The translations under genes and the position numbers were made by a program. DNA of 64,000 nucleotides from Eledone cirrhosa (lineage: Eukaryota): assembly GCA_964016885.1 (NCBI GenBank), contig OZ024740.1, forward strand, positions 49,042,001-49,106,000, in the 5' to 3' direction. How positions within the stretch are numbered: position 1 is the stretch's first letter; each line of letters starts with the position of its first letter. Shown piece after piece: positions 26,606 through 37,089 of the stretch. The notes beneath the pieces were generated by a model, which saw only the letters and a list, made by a program, of their open reading frames with translations, was not told the origin of the DNA and did not search any database.

Positions 26606-27444
26606 TCTATAAAAGGGTTTTGGAATAATCAAGATTTATTAAAAAGATACTTAGCTTGTTCAGACTTCAACAAAGTGTAAATAGCATAAAATATTTGAGG
26701 ATTGCTCAGATTTTTGCCACAACACTAATTGTTTCTAGCAAGTTTTCTTTACAATACTAAGGAACTTTACAATACTAGGGAACCGTTATGTGTTTAAAAC
26801 GCCAACAATAGCAACCAAATATTCTCTAATTCACAGCCTACCATCTATCTATAAACTTTACTCATTAATCAAAAATATCATTAATATATATCTATAAATA
26901 AAATAGAAAAGTAGCTGATTGTAACAACCCTGCCCTCACATTTTTAAGTAACCTGTAGCTTGAATTTAGAAAAGGACTACCTTGTAGTAATCTGCTACTT
27001 ATAGCCCAATCTAGTAACCCATGAGCCCCTCCTCTTCTCAATTTTCAGGCCTTGTGCCTATGTTAGAAACAATCATCATCATTATTATATTTATTAATAA
27101 GCATTTTTGTTATACATTTATGGCTTGACCCCTGATACCTTACTTCACAATATTTTAGTGAAGTGATGCAGGAAAGTATAGTATGACTTGGTTCCTGAAA
27201 CTCTTACCTCCTTGTGTCTCTTCATTAAAATATAATTAAGCAGAACATGGCCAGGTCATAAAAACATGAGAAAAATACTGATACTTGATAGTATTTGTTA
27301 TTGTAATAAACACATTGCTGACCTTGTGCCTAATTGGAAATAATTATTGTAAAATACACATGAACAATAATAAAACAGAAATGCATTATAATACTATATA
27401 TATATATATAGTAATAATAATAAATTTGAAGACTAAAATCCAAA

Positions 27445-27508
27445 GATTGTTAGTTTCAGAAGATCCCGTTAAGGGTGAAAGCAGCGATTCTTTGCTTAAA
27501 CTTTAATC
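27445..27508 (+). ncRNA. Type I hammerhead relic with a U4A core change
   Basis: gattg.tt.agttt CAGAAGA t ccc gttaa ggg t GAA agcag cgattct ttgct T aaact.t.taatc; stems I, II and III all pair; followed by AATAAA. Confidence 0.5.
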
Positions 27509-27539
27509 TCTTATTTTAATAAATATATATATATATATA

Positions 27540-27833
27540 TCATCATCATCATTTCATTTTTACGTCCACTTTTCCCTGCTTGCAAGGGTGGGACGGGAAC
27601 TGATTCTGGCTTGATTTCTACAGCTGGATGCCCTTCCTAACACCAACCTCATTTACAGTGAGTGCTGGGTGCTTTTTTGCCGTGGCACCTCCACGACCAC
27701 TTTGCAGTGGAATGATAGGGACCCCAGTCCTATCATCTCATTTCTACAGCTGAGTAAACTGGAGCAATGTGAAATAAAGTGTCTTGCTCAAGGAAACAAC
27801 ACATCACCCAGTCTGAGAATTGAACTCACAACC
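27540..27833 (-). mobile_element. Composite SINE (type 2 body + RTE-shared domain + RTE family C tail), 5'-truncated
   Basis: Matches 42563-42888; its tail matches 31502-31565. Confidence 0.85.
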
Positions 27834-27883
27834 TATATATATATATATATATATATAAGTGGTTACACAACAGTTAGTTCACC

Positions 27884-27929
27884 ATACTGAGAACAATTGT
27901 TTCACCTTAGCGGATCCTCAGCTTGGAAT
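27884..27929 (-). ncRNA. Minimal type I hammerhead candidate in a ~110-bp island between TA tracts
   Basis: attccaag CTGAGGA t cc gctaa gg t GAA ACAATTGT T ctcagtat; palindromic stem III; two of the stem I mismatches fit CpG decay. Confidence 0.55.
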
Positions 27930-27965
27930 AGGCATGGTTATAGGAACAGGAAGGACAACCGTACG

Positions 27966-27999
<34 letters not shown>

Positions 28000-28004
<5 letters not shown>

Positions 28005-28569
28005 AACAAAGTGCAGGGCAATAAAGATAGATGGTAGCCACGGAATAGGCAGACCTAGAAAAACCTGGGATGAGCTGATAAACTCCGACCTCACACACTT
28101 ACACCTCTCCAAGACAATGTCACTGGACCGAGACCTTTGGCGGTACTCAGTAACAGAGAAGACCCGCCTTACCTAAATACAAAGTAAAACCTACTACAGT
28201 CAGTAGGCATCTCTAACAAAATACACCCCGTCCCGCCACCACCCCCACCCCATCCACACCACCCGTTCTATGTAAAGTTATGTTGGTGCCGCGCCATCCA
28301 GGCCGAAACAAATGAGATCGTGTAGGTGTCACGACAAATAAACACAGTCCACGCTGTAATGTGGCCATGTAGGCAACACGGTAAAAACCTCCCAGACCCA
28401 CACTGTAAATGTGGTTGGTGTTAGGAAGGGCATCCAACTGTAGAAAACCTGCCAGACAGTCCTATGCGAGCAAGACAATCACTCTTGCCTCAAGTGGGAC
28501 TACCCCCGTCCAAACCCATGCAAGCGTGGAACACGGACGTTAAACGTTGATGATGATGATGATGATGAT
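28000..28569 (+). mobile_element. RTE family B 3' fragment
   Basis: Encodes ...RPRKTWDELIN...EKTRLT; (GAT)n tail; TA flanks. Confidence 0.92.
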
Positions 28570-28584
28570 ATATATATATAAATA

Positions 28585-28632
<48 letters not shown>

Positions 28633-28736
28633 GTGTATATATTATATATATATATATATATGTATATATATGTAGAATTACTGGGAATATTGCAGCAACA
28701 GGTGGACCATGACTCAACAGAGCCTACTGCCAATTC

Positions 28737-29797
28737 TTTACATGTGGCCGGTGTTATGGGGCAATAAGTAGCAGCAAGTGCCCACGAAATACTAGCTTTT
28801 TCAACTGCGCAGAGGGTTCTATAGAAATAGTGGACAGCTTCCGTTACCTGGGTGACAAAATCAGCAGTGGGGGAGGGTGCTCTGAAAGTACAGTAACTAG
28901 AGTCAGAACTGGGTGGAAAAAGTTCAGAGAGCTTATACCACTATTAGCCGCTAAAGGGTTCTCCCTAAAAATGAAAGGCAGGCTGTACGATGCCTGCATA
29001 CGAACAGCAATGTTGCATGGCAGTGAGACCTGGGCATTGTGTGCAGAGGATATACGCAGACTAGAGAGAAACGAAGCTTGCATGCTCCGCTGGATGTGCA
29101 ATAGTAATATACGTGAACGGCAAAGCATAAACGAACTAAGGAAAAAATTAGAGATAAGAGGGATCAGATGTTGTTTACTAGAGAGAAGGCTACGTTGGTA
29201 TGGTCACGTGATGCGCATGAAGGACGATAGCTGTATAACAAAGTGCAGGGCAATAAAGATAGATGGTAGCCACGGAATAGGCAGACCCAGAAAAACCTGG
29301 GACGAGCTGATAAACTCCGACCTCACACACTTACACCTCACCAAGACAATGTCACTGGACCGAGACCTTTGGCGGTACTCAGTAATAGAGAAGACCCGCC
29401 TTACCTAAATACAAAGTAAAACCTACTACAGTCAGTAGACATCTCTAACAAAATACACCCCCGTCCCACCACCCCCACCCCATCCACACCGCGCCCTTCT
29501 ATGTAAAGTTATGTTGGTGCCACACCATCCAGGCCGAAACAAATGAGATCGTGTAGGTGTCACGACAAAAAAAACACACAGTCCAAGCTGTAATGTGGCC
29601 GTGTAGGCAACACGGTAAAAACCTCCCAGCCCCACACTGTAAATGTGGTTGGTGTTAGGAAGGGCATCCAACTGTAGAAAACCTGCCAGACAGTCCTATG
29701 CGAGCAAGACAATCACTCTTGCCTCAAGTGGGAAAACCCCCGTCCAAACCCATGCAAGCGTGGAACACGGACGTTAAACGTTGATGATGATGATGAT
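28737..29797 (+). mobile_element. RTE family B 3' fragment
   Basis: ORF 28830-29408 matches the C-terminus of 43438-46608; (GAT)n tail. Confidence 0.93.
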
Positions 29798-29811
29798 ATA
29801 TATATGTATAT

Positions 29812-30461
29812 ATTAGAAATAAGAGGGATCAGATGTTGTTTACTCGAGAGAAGACTATGTTGGTATGGTCACGTGATGCGCCTGAAAGACGACAGCTGTA
29901 TAAAAAAGTGCAGGGCAATACAAATAGACGGTAGCCACGGAGTAGGCAGACCCAGAAAAACCTGGGACGACTTGATAAATTCCGACCTCACACACTTACA
30001 ACTCTCCAAGACAATGTCACTGGACCGAGACCTTTGCCGCTACACAGTAATAGAGAAGACCCGCCTTGTCTAAGTACAAAGTGAAACCTACTACAGTCAG
30101 TAGGCACCTCTAACAAAATACATCCCCGTCCCACTACCCCCACCCCATCCACACCACCCCTTTCAATGTAAAGTTATATTGGTACCACAACATCCAGCCT
30201 GAAACAAATGAGGTCGTGTAGGTGTCACGACAAAAAAAGACACAGTCCACACTGTAATGTGGCCGTGTAGGTAACACGGTAAAAACCTCCCAGTTCCACA
30301 CTGTAAATGTGGTCGGTGTTAGGAAGGGCATCCAGCTGTAGAAAACCCGCCAGACAGTCCTATGCGAGCAAGACAACCACTCTTGCCTCAAGTGGGAAAA
30401 CTCCCGTCCAAACCCATGCAAGCGTGGAATGTGGACGTTAAACGATGATGATGATGATGAT
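29812..30461 (+). mobile_element. RTE family B (variant subfamily) 3' fragment
   Basis: ORF 29804-30073; resembles 63177-63860; (GAT)n tail. Confidence 0.9.
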
Positions 30462-30543
30462 ATATGTATATGTATATATATATAAATGTAAGTATGTATG
30501 TCTACGTACATACATATATGTATACAGACGTACAGTAGCATGC

Positions 30544-30584
<41 letters not shown>

Positions 30585-30735
30585 TATACACATATGCATA
30601 CAGGTACACATACATATATGCACGCATCAGTTTAGCCGACGTTTATTATAACGCCGCTTTGTTCGTTTGTTTGTCAACAAACCGAACAGCCTGAATTTAT
30701 GCCATATGGTGTTAAGGCAACCACGTCACCTTTTT

Positions 30736-30822
30736 GTTCAACACTGACACAGGAACGATGTACTAGTTTCAAGCTTGTTAGCTATCATCAGCACCGTTTA
30801 CCCATCTGCCAGATAGTTGAAC
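30736..30822 (-). ncRNA. Type I hammerhead ribozyme, copy 1 (core 30754-30798)
   Basis: gttcaac.tat.ctggc.ag.atggg.ta.aacggtg CTGATGA t agct aaca agct t GAA ACTAGT A catcgtt.cctgt.gtcag.t.gttgaac. Confidence 0.85.
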
Positions 30823-30871
30823 GTTCGAAAGTATATACTTTCCTTATGAAAATTAACGGCTGAGCAGCCTA

Positions 30872-30879
30872 ATTTGCAT
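30872..30879 (-). promoter_or_regulatory. Octamer ATGCAAAT upstream of the hammerhead (also 54816-54823 on +; mutated in copy 2)
   Basis: Exact octamer ~50 bp 5' of extended stem I; function is inferred. Confidence 0.4.
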
Positions 30880-31035
30880 ATTGAGTGAGTTAAATCGGTC
30901 AGGCATACCGAAAACGATAAGTTGAAAAAAATGCAAACGAAATTTCATTTCTCACTCTTAGTATGGCACTTACTTAAATGTAAGTATGTATGTCTACGTA
31001 CATACATATATGTATACAGACGTACAGTAGCATGC

Positions 31036-31084
<49 letters not shown>

Positions 31085-31235
31085 TATACACATATACATA
31101 CAGGTACACATACATATATGCACGCATCAGTTTAGCCGACATTTATTATAACGCCGCTTTGTTCGTTTGTTTGTCAACAAACCGAACAGCCTGAATTTAT
31201 GCCATACGGTGTTAAGGCAACCACGTCACCTTTTT

Positions 31236-31322
31236 GTTCAACACTGACACAGGAACGATGTACTAGTTTCAAGCTTGTTAGCTATCATCAGCACCGTATA
31301 CCCATCTGCCAGATAGTTGAAC
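31236..31322 (-). ncRNA. Type I hammerhead ribozyme, copy 2
   Basis: Same as copy 1 with one stem I mismatch. Confidence 0.82.
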
Positions 31323-31501
31323 GTTCGAAAGTATATACTTTCCTTATGAAAATTAACGGCTGAGCAGCCTAATTTTCATATTGAGTGAGTTAAATCGGTC
31401 AGGCATACCGAAAACGATAAGTTGAAAAAAATGAAAACGAAATTTCATTTCTCACTCTTAGTATGGCACTTACTTAAATGTAAGTATGTATGTCTACGTA
31501 C

Positions 31502-34500
31502 CATCATCATCATCATCATTATCATTTTACGTCCGCTTTTCCCTGCTTGCAAGGGTGGGACGGGTCTTATTCAGCACAGCATCTCTCCACTCGTCACGGT
31601 CCCTCGTCATCTCCACCGTCAGCTTCAATGATCTGAGGTCTGTTCTCACCACCTCCGCCCATGTTTTTCGTGGTCTACCTCTACCACGTCTTCCTTCAAC
31701 TGGCATTTCCTGGCACTTCTTCACCCATCGGTCATCCTCCATGCGCATCACATGTCCATACCACCTCAGTCTCCTCTCCCGTACACTACATTCCATCCCT
31801 CTCAGACACAGTTTCTCTCTCAACACATTTATGCTGGGTCGTTCACGCACATTTACACTGCACATCCAACGGAGCATGCTTGCCTCATTTCTCTCCAGCC
31901 GTCGCATATCTTCTGCGGTAGCTGCCCATGTCTCACTACCATGCAGCATCGCGCTCCTCACACAGGCATCATACAACCGGCCTTTCGTACGCAGGGAGAA
32001 ACCCTTCTTCGTCAACAGAGGAAGCAGCTCCCTAAACTTCTTCCAACCCGTCCTTATTCTAGATACTATGGCCTCGGAACACCCTCCTCCCATGCTAATC
32101 TGATCTCCTAGGTACCGGAAGCTATCCACCACTTCTATAGCGCCCTCTCGCATTTGAAAAATGTGTCTATCAGTGCGACTTCTACTGTCTAATTTCCCTG
32201 TACATCTACTGCATACATAGTTCTCCCTACCTGTTAGTTTGCCTGCTATCCCGCTACATCTCTTGTGTACCCAGGACCTACATTGTGTGCATTTTATAGA
32301 ATTTATGCCAGTTCCTTTTCTGCATATCGAACATGGCCATTTCCCTGACGGAATCAGGGTTTTGTCCTCTTTTCTACTCATCAACACTTTTGTCTTAGCT
32401 AGATTTACTCTCAGTCCTCTTGCTTCCAACTGCTGTTTCCATAGCCGGAATTTATTCTCTAGCTCCTCTACTGATTCTGCCATAAGAGCCAGATCGTCAG
32501 CATAGAGAAGTTCCCATGGACAGCCAGTCTTAAACTCCTCTGTTATGGCTTGGAGGACTATAATGAACAAGAGCGGGCTGAGGACCGAACCCTGATGTAC
32601 TCCTACTTGTATCTGGAATTCCTCACTAAACTCCATTCCTACCCTGACTTTACTGAGAGTACCTCTGTACAAAGTTTGCACTGTCCTTACAAGCCATTCC
32701 TCAACACCCAGCTTCCTTAGGGACCACCAGATGACAGATCGGGGTACCCTATCAAAGGCCTTCTCTAGGTCAACAAAGGCTAAGTATAGTGGCTTATTCT
32801 TCTCTAAGAACCTCTCTTGCATTTGTCTCACCAAGAAGAGGGCATCTGTTGTACTCTTCCCAGGCACAAAACCAAACTGCATCTCATCTAGTTTGACCCT
32901 TTCTCTAATTAGTTGTGCTAAAATCCTTTCTGCCACTTTCATAACCTGATCTATCAGTTTTATACCCCTATAATTGCTCCTCTCCAAAGCATCCCCTTTA
33001 CCTTTGTAGCAATTTATGAGAATACTGCTGCACCAGTCTTTGGGTATGACACCACCATATATAGCCTGATTGATTATGCGTGCAACCAGTTTAGTGCCTA
33101 CGTCCCCTGATGCCTTCAGCATCTCAGCAACTATTCCCGATGGTCCGGCCGCCTTACCATTTTTCATTTCCCTAATCGCCTCTTGGACCCTATATTCGTC
33201 AATCTCAATAGCTGGTCCCTCTGTCGGATCTACCAAGGGTAATTTCTCTCTCTCCCATTCGTTCTCCACATTCATCAGTCTCTCATAATGACATTTCCAG
33301 GCCTCCTTTTTCTGGTCATTCGTGACACTAAGTACACCGGCATCATCCCGGACACATTTATCACCAACAACATCCTGATTTGCATTGACACACTGCCTTG
33401 CAATGTGGAACACCGCACGCCTCTGATCTTCCCGTCGCAGAACATTGGCAAACCTCCTACTCTCTGCCTCCCTGCGTGCTAAGTACACCTGACGTCTAGC
33501 TTCTCTCTTAGTGGCTGTATATTCTTCCCTACTCCCACCCTTATTCCAAGCCTTCCATGCTAGTCTTTTGTCTCTAATAGCCTTATCTACACTGCTGTTC
33601 CACCACCAGGTCACTCTCTGTCTGGTTGGAGCTCTGCTCCAGCCACAGGTTTCATCAGTAGCCTTCAGCAAGTTGTCACGTAAGAACTTCCAGTTATTAT
33701 CTATGTCATACGTCTCTAAATCGTCTTCTTTTTCGTCATATACATCTTGAAGGGCTTTCCTAAATTTGAATTTTAGTGAAAGGTCTTTTAGCTTCCAGAC
33801 CTTTCTTCTCCACACCTTCCTATATGTCTCATTCCATCTCTTGCTTACTGAGATATCACTAACAACTAACCTATGCTGTGGGGTACATTCTTCCCCAGGG
33901 TATGCCTTGGTATTAGACACTATCTGCCTGTCCCGCTGCCTAACTAGCAGGAAGTCAATCTGGCTTATGTGCTCACCAGATTTGTAGGTTATTAGGTGAT
34001 TGGCAGGTTTCTGGAAGTTTGTGTTGCAAATAGTCAATGTACTTGCATCACAAAATTCAAGAAGTCTCACTCCTTCTTCATTTCTTGAACCGTAACCGTG
34101 CCCACCATGTACCCCAGTGTAACCATCCTGGAGCTGTCCAACATGACCATTGAAGTCTCCTGCTAGCATAACGATGTCTCCGTCCTCTGTCATTGTGGTT
34201 GTTTGCAAAAGTTGCTCATAAAAGCAGTCTTTCTCATCTTTGCCTAGGCCTGCTTGGGGAGCATAGACCGAGATGATTGTCAGTAGTCTCCTACCTACAA
34301 CTAATCTAAGCTTAATTATTCGATTACTAACTCGAACTACCTCTATTGTCTTATTGATCCATTTCTCAGCCAGGAAAATGCCTACTCCCCCTAACCCATC
34401 ATCCTTACCTACCCAGAATAGCTTATAGCTAAGACGCTTGCCTACGACTAGTCTCGCAGAGGCACCCCTCCATCTCACCTCTTGCACGCAGCACACATCC

Positions 34501-34790
34501 ACCTGCCTTCTCTCCAGCATCTCCGCTATTTCAGCAGACCTACCTCTGAGAGTGCCAACATTAAGTGTTGCAACTCTGAGATGCGACGTCTTCATATTTT
34601 CTATGCTGTTTTGTTGCTGTGCTGATAAGCTTTTTGGCGTTGATACACTGGTTGGATGCCCTTCCTAACACCAGCGCCACTTTACAGCATGGACTGGGTG
34701 CTTTTATTTGTGCCACCAGCACTAGAGAGGATGTCTTACTAGACTCAAGGGCCCTCTCTACCCCTCCATTTTACAGCATCGTCATTATTA
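31502..34790 (-). mobile_element. RTE family C LINE, apparently near full-length
   Basis: Single long ORF, short structured 5' UTR, (GAT)n tail immediately after the stop codon. Confidence 0.93.
31527..34595 (-). CDS. Intact 1022-aa APE endonuclease / reverse transcriptase with an internal PHD-like finger
   Basis: TLNV, CVQE, GDFN, IDF, QH (APE); [25 protein letters not shown] (RT); RWYGHV and GRPRKTW (RTE C-terminus). Confidence 0.95.
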   Translation of the reverse strand: MKTSHLRVATLNVGTLRGRSAEIAEMLERRQVDVCCVQEVRWRGASARLVVGKRLSYKLFWVGKDDGLGGVGIFLAEKWINKTIEVVRVSNRIIKLRLVVGRRLLTIISVYAPQAGLGKDEKDCFYEQLLQTTTMTEDGDIVMLAGDFNGHVGQLQDGYTGVHGGHGYGSRNEEGVRLLEFCDASTLTICNTNFQKPANHLITYKSGEHISQIDFLLVRQRDRQIVSNTKAYPGEECTPQHRLVVSDISVSKRWNETYRKVWRRKVWKLKDLSLKFKFRKALQDVYDEKEDDLETYDIDNNWKFLRDNLLKATDETCGWSRAPTRQRVTWWWNSSVDKAIRDKRLAWKAWNKGGSREEYTATKREARRQVYLARREAESRRFANVLRREDQRRAVFHIARQCVNANQDVVGDKCVRDDAGVLSVTNDQKKEAWKCHYERLMNVENEWEREKLPLVDPTEGPAIEIDEYRVQEAIREMKNGKAAGPSGIVAEMLKASGDVGTKLVARIINQAIYGGVIPKDWCSSILINCYKGKGDALERSNYRGIKLIDQVMKVAERILAQLIRERVKLDEMQFGFVPGKSTTDALFLVRQMQERFLEKNKPLYLAFVDLEKAFDRVPRSVIWWSLRKLGVEEWLVRTVQTLYRGTLSKVRVGMEFSEEFQIQVGVHQGSVLSPLLFIIVLQAITEEFKTGCPWELLYADDLALMAESVEELENKFRLWKQQLEARGLRVNLAKTKVLMSRKEDKTLIPSGKWPCSICRKGTGINSIKCTQCRSWVHKRCSGIAGKLTGRENYVCSRCTGKLDSRSRTDRHIFQMREGAIEVVDSFRYLGDQISMGGGCSEAIVSRIRTGWKKFRELLPLLTKKGFSLRTKGRLYDACVRSAMLHGSETWAATAEDMRRLERNEASMLRWMCSVNVRERPSINVLREKLCLRGMECSVRERRLRWYGHVMRMEDDRWVKKCQEMPVEGRRGRGRPRKTWAEVVRTDLRSLKLTVEMTRDRDEWRDAVLNKTRPTLASREKRT

Positions 34791-35044
34791 AAAAAAAAAA
34801 AAAAAAAAAAAAAACTTATTGACACGACTCACACACTAATACTCATGCATACAAACCACAACCACACATACCAACACTCATTCATGCATACAATCACGCA
34901 CACCACTCACAAACATATATATATATACATATATTACCGACAGTACTGATACAAAATCAAAATCAAAGTCAAAATCGTCAAAATCACTATCATGTCAACT
35001 GTTGACCTTTCCCAGTCCAGTTCGGCTTGTATATAATAACAATA

Positions 35045-35340
35045 ACAATAATAATTGTTTGTTTACGCTGGTAATGGCGGTGGTGGATGGTGTCAGTGTG
35101 GTGGTGGTGGATGGTCAGTGATGGTGGTGGCAGTTGTTGGTGCTGTAGTTGTTATTGTAGTTGTTACTGTTGTTGTTGTCCTTCATTTCACTGCTGCTGT
35201 TGCTGCAGACAATGGTGTTGATGCTGTTATTGCTGTCGCATATATACAAATACATACACACACATTCAACACAGACGATGGTGTTGTTGCTGTTGTTGTT
35301 GTTGGTGTTGCTGCTGTTGTTGTTGTAGTTGTTGCTGTGT
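35045..35340. repeat. Degenerate (GTT/GGT/GCT)n trinucleotide tract
   Basis: Seen directly. Confidence 0.85.
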
Positions 35341-35669
35341 TGAAATCTGGTCGCATCCACTGAGATATACATATACACACACATACACATATGTATATAC
35401 ACATACATACATCAAAAGAGAGTCAGCAGTATGTCAACAGGGGACAGGACAGCGATCTTAGAGTAATGTGGTGATGGTGGGGAGCGAGTGTAGGCGTTAT
35501 TGTTATTGTGGTGACAGGGGGGGGGGGTCAGTGAGATGTTACAAGTTCATAGATCACTTCTCTCTTTTCCTCTCTCTTCAAAATTTTGAATTTATGGCCT
35601 TTTGCAATGACGGACAAGTATATATAATATATATATATGAAGCAAAGAAAAGAAAATTTTCACTGATAT

Positions 35670-35980
35670 GAAAGATTTCCTGGTAGAAGTTCAGGTGTAT
35701 TCAGTAATTGGTATCCAGTTTCGGGGTATCCAATTAGAAAGTCCAACGAATCTTTAAGAGGGGTCCACGCAACCATTGATATATATATCTATATATGTAA
35801 AATGCAAGCAGAAATGACAACGAAAGATTTCCTGGTAGAAGTTCAGGTGTATTCAGTGTTGGTATCCAGTGTTAGGATATCCAATTAGAAAATCCAACGA
35901 ATTTTGAGAGGGGTCCACGCAAGCATATATATAGATATATATATGTATATATGCAAAATGCAAGCAGAAATAACAACATA
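35670..35980. repeat. ~152-bp tandem duplication of unknown origin
   Basis: gaaagatttcctggtagaagttcaggtgtattcag at ~35670 and ~35822. Confidence 0.85.
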
Positions 35981-36067
35981 TACTAATGAACATACATTAA
36001 ACACAGAAGGACTGTAAATGATAATATATGTACATACATATATATATACAGACGTACAGTAGCATGC

Positions 36068-36116
<49 letters not shown>

Positions 36117-36285
36117 TATACACATATGCATACAGGTACACATATATATATGCACGCATCAGTTTAGCCGACGTTTATTATAACGCAGCTTTGTTCGTTT
36201 GTTTGTCAACAAACCGAACAGCCTGAATTTATGCCATACGGTGTTAAGGCAACCACGTCACCTTTTTGTTCAACACTGACACAGG

Positions 36286-36330
36286 AACGATGTACTAGTT
36301 TCAAGCTTGTTAGCTATCATCAGCACCGTT
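36286..36330 (-). ncRNA. Type I hammerhead ribozyme, copy 3
   Basis: Intact core and 7-bp proximal stem I; distal 5' strand truncated at the inversion point. Confidence 0.8.
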
Positions 36331-36351
36331 TACCTATATGGCAGATGGGTA

Positions 36352-36396
36352 AACGGTGCTGATGATAGCTAACAAGCTTGAAACTAGTACATCGTT
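36352..36396 (+). ncRNA. Type I hammerhead ribozyme, copy 4
   Basis: aacggtg CTGATGA tagctaacaagctt GAAA ctag TA catcgtt. Confidence 0.83.
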
Positions 36397-36565
36397 CTTG
36401 TGTCAGTGTTGAACAAAAAGGTGACGTGGTTGCCTTAACACCGTATGGCATAAATTCAGGCTGTTCGGTTTGTTGACAAACAAACGAACAAAGCGGCGTT
36501 ATAATAAACGTCGGCTAAACTGATGCGTGCATATATGTATGTGTACCTGTATGCATATGTGTATA

Positions 36566-36610
<45 letters not shown>

Positions 36611-36724
36611 GCATGCTACTGTACGTCTGTATACATATATGTATGTACGTAGACATACATACTCACATTTAAGTAAGTGCCATACTAAGAGTGAGAAATG
36701 AAATTTCGTTTTCATTTTTTTCAA

Positions 36725-36800
<76 letters not shown>

Positions 36801-36838
36801 TATGTATATATACATATATATGTATATATATACATATG

Positions 36839-36869
<31 letters not shown>

Positions 36870-36888
36870 GTATATATACATATATATG

Positions 36889-36921
<33 letters not shown>

Positions 36922-36940
36922 GTATATATACATATATATG

Positions 36941-36989
<49 letters not shown>

Positions 36990-37089
36990 GTATATATATG
37001 TATATATATATATATGTATATGTATATAAATATATATGTATATATAAATATATATGTATATATATGTATATGTATATAAATATATATGT

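Larger units (their letters stand above)
30484..31501 (-). repeat. Two tandem units of a ~500-bp hammerhead-containing non-coding repeat (candidate retrozyme); a third unit resumes at ~36028
   Basis: Unit recurs with period ~492-500 (30486, 30978, 31478); near-identical copies at 36028-36729 and 54657-55224. Confidence 0.9.
36028..36729. repeat. Head-to-head inverted pair of the ~500-bp hammerhead repeat (~310-bp arms, ~12-bp spacer at 36335-36346)
   Basis: 36028-36334 is the reverse complement of 36347-~36655. Confidence 0.92.

Noticed and set aside
26920-27022. Possible hAT TIR (CAGGGTTG / CATGGGTTACTAG on -)
   Set aside because: No matching opposite TIR or 8-bp TSD found
31486-34668. Recurrent ORFs antisense to RTE/CR1 coding regions and in RTE UTRs (e.g. 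[12 protein letters not shown])
   Set aside because: Shadow frames that recur only because the elements are repeated; no recognisable motifs
34760-34790. TAAAATGGAGGGG at the RTE-C 5' end resembling a twister ribozyme 3' strand
   Set aside because: The upstream twister elements (UAA junction, GCCGGUCCCAAGCCC-type core) are not present
35055-35408. Poly-Val / poly-Thr / poly-Asn ORFs
   Set aside because: Translation of a degenerate trinucleotide repeat
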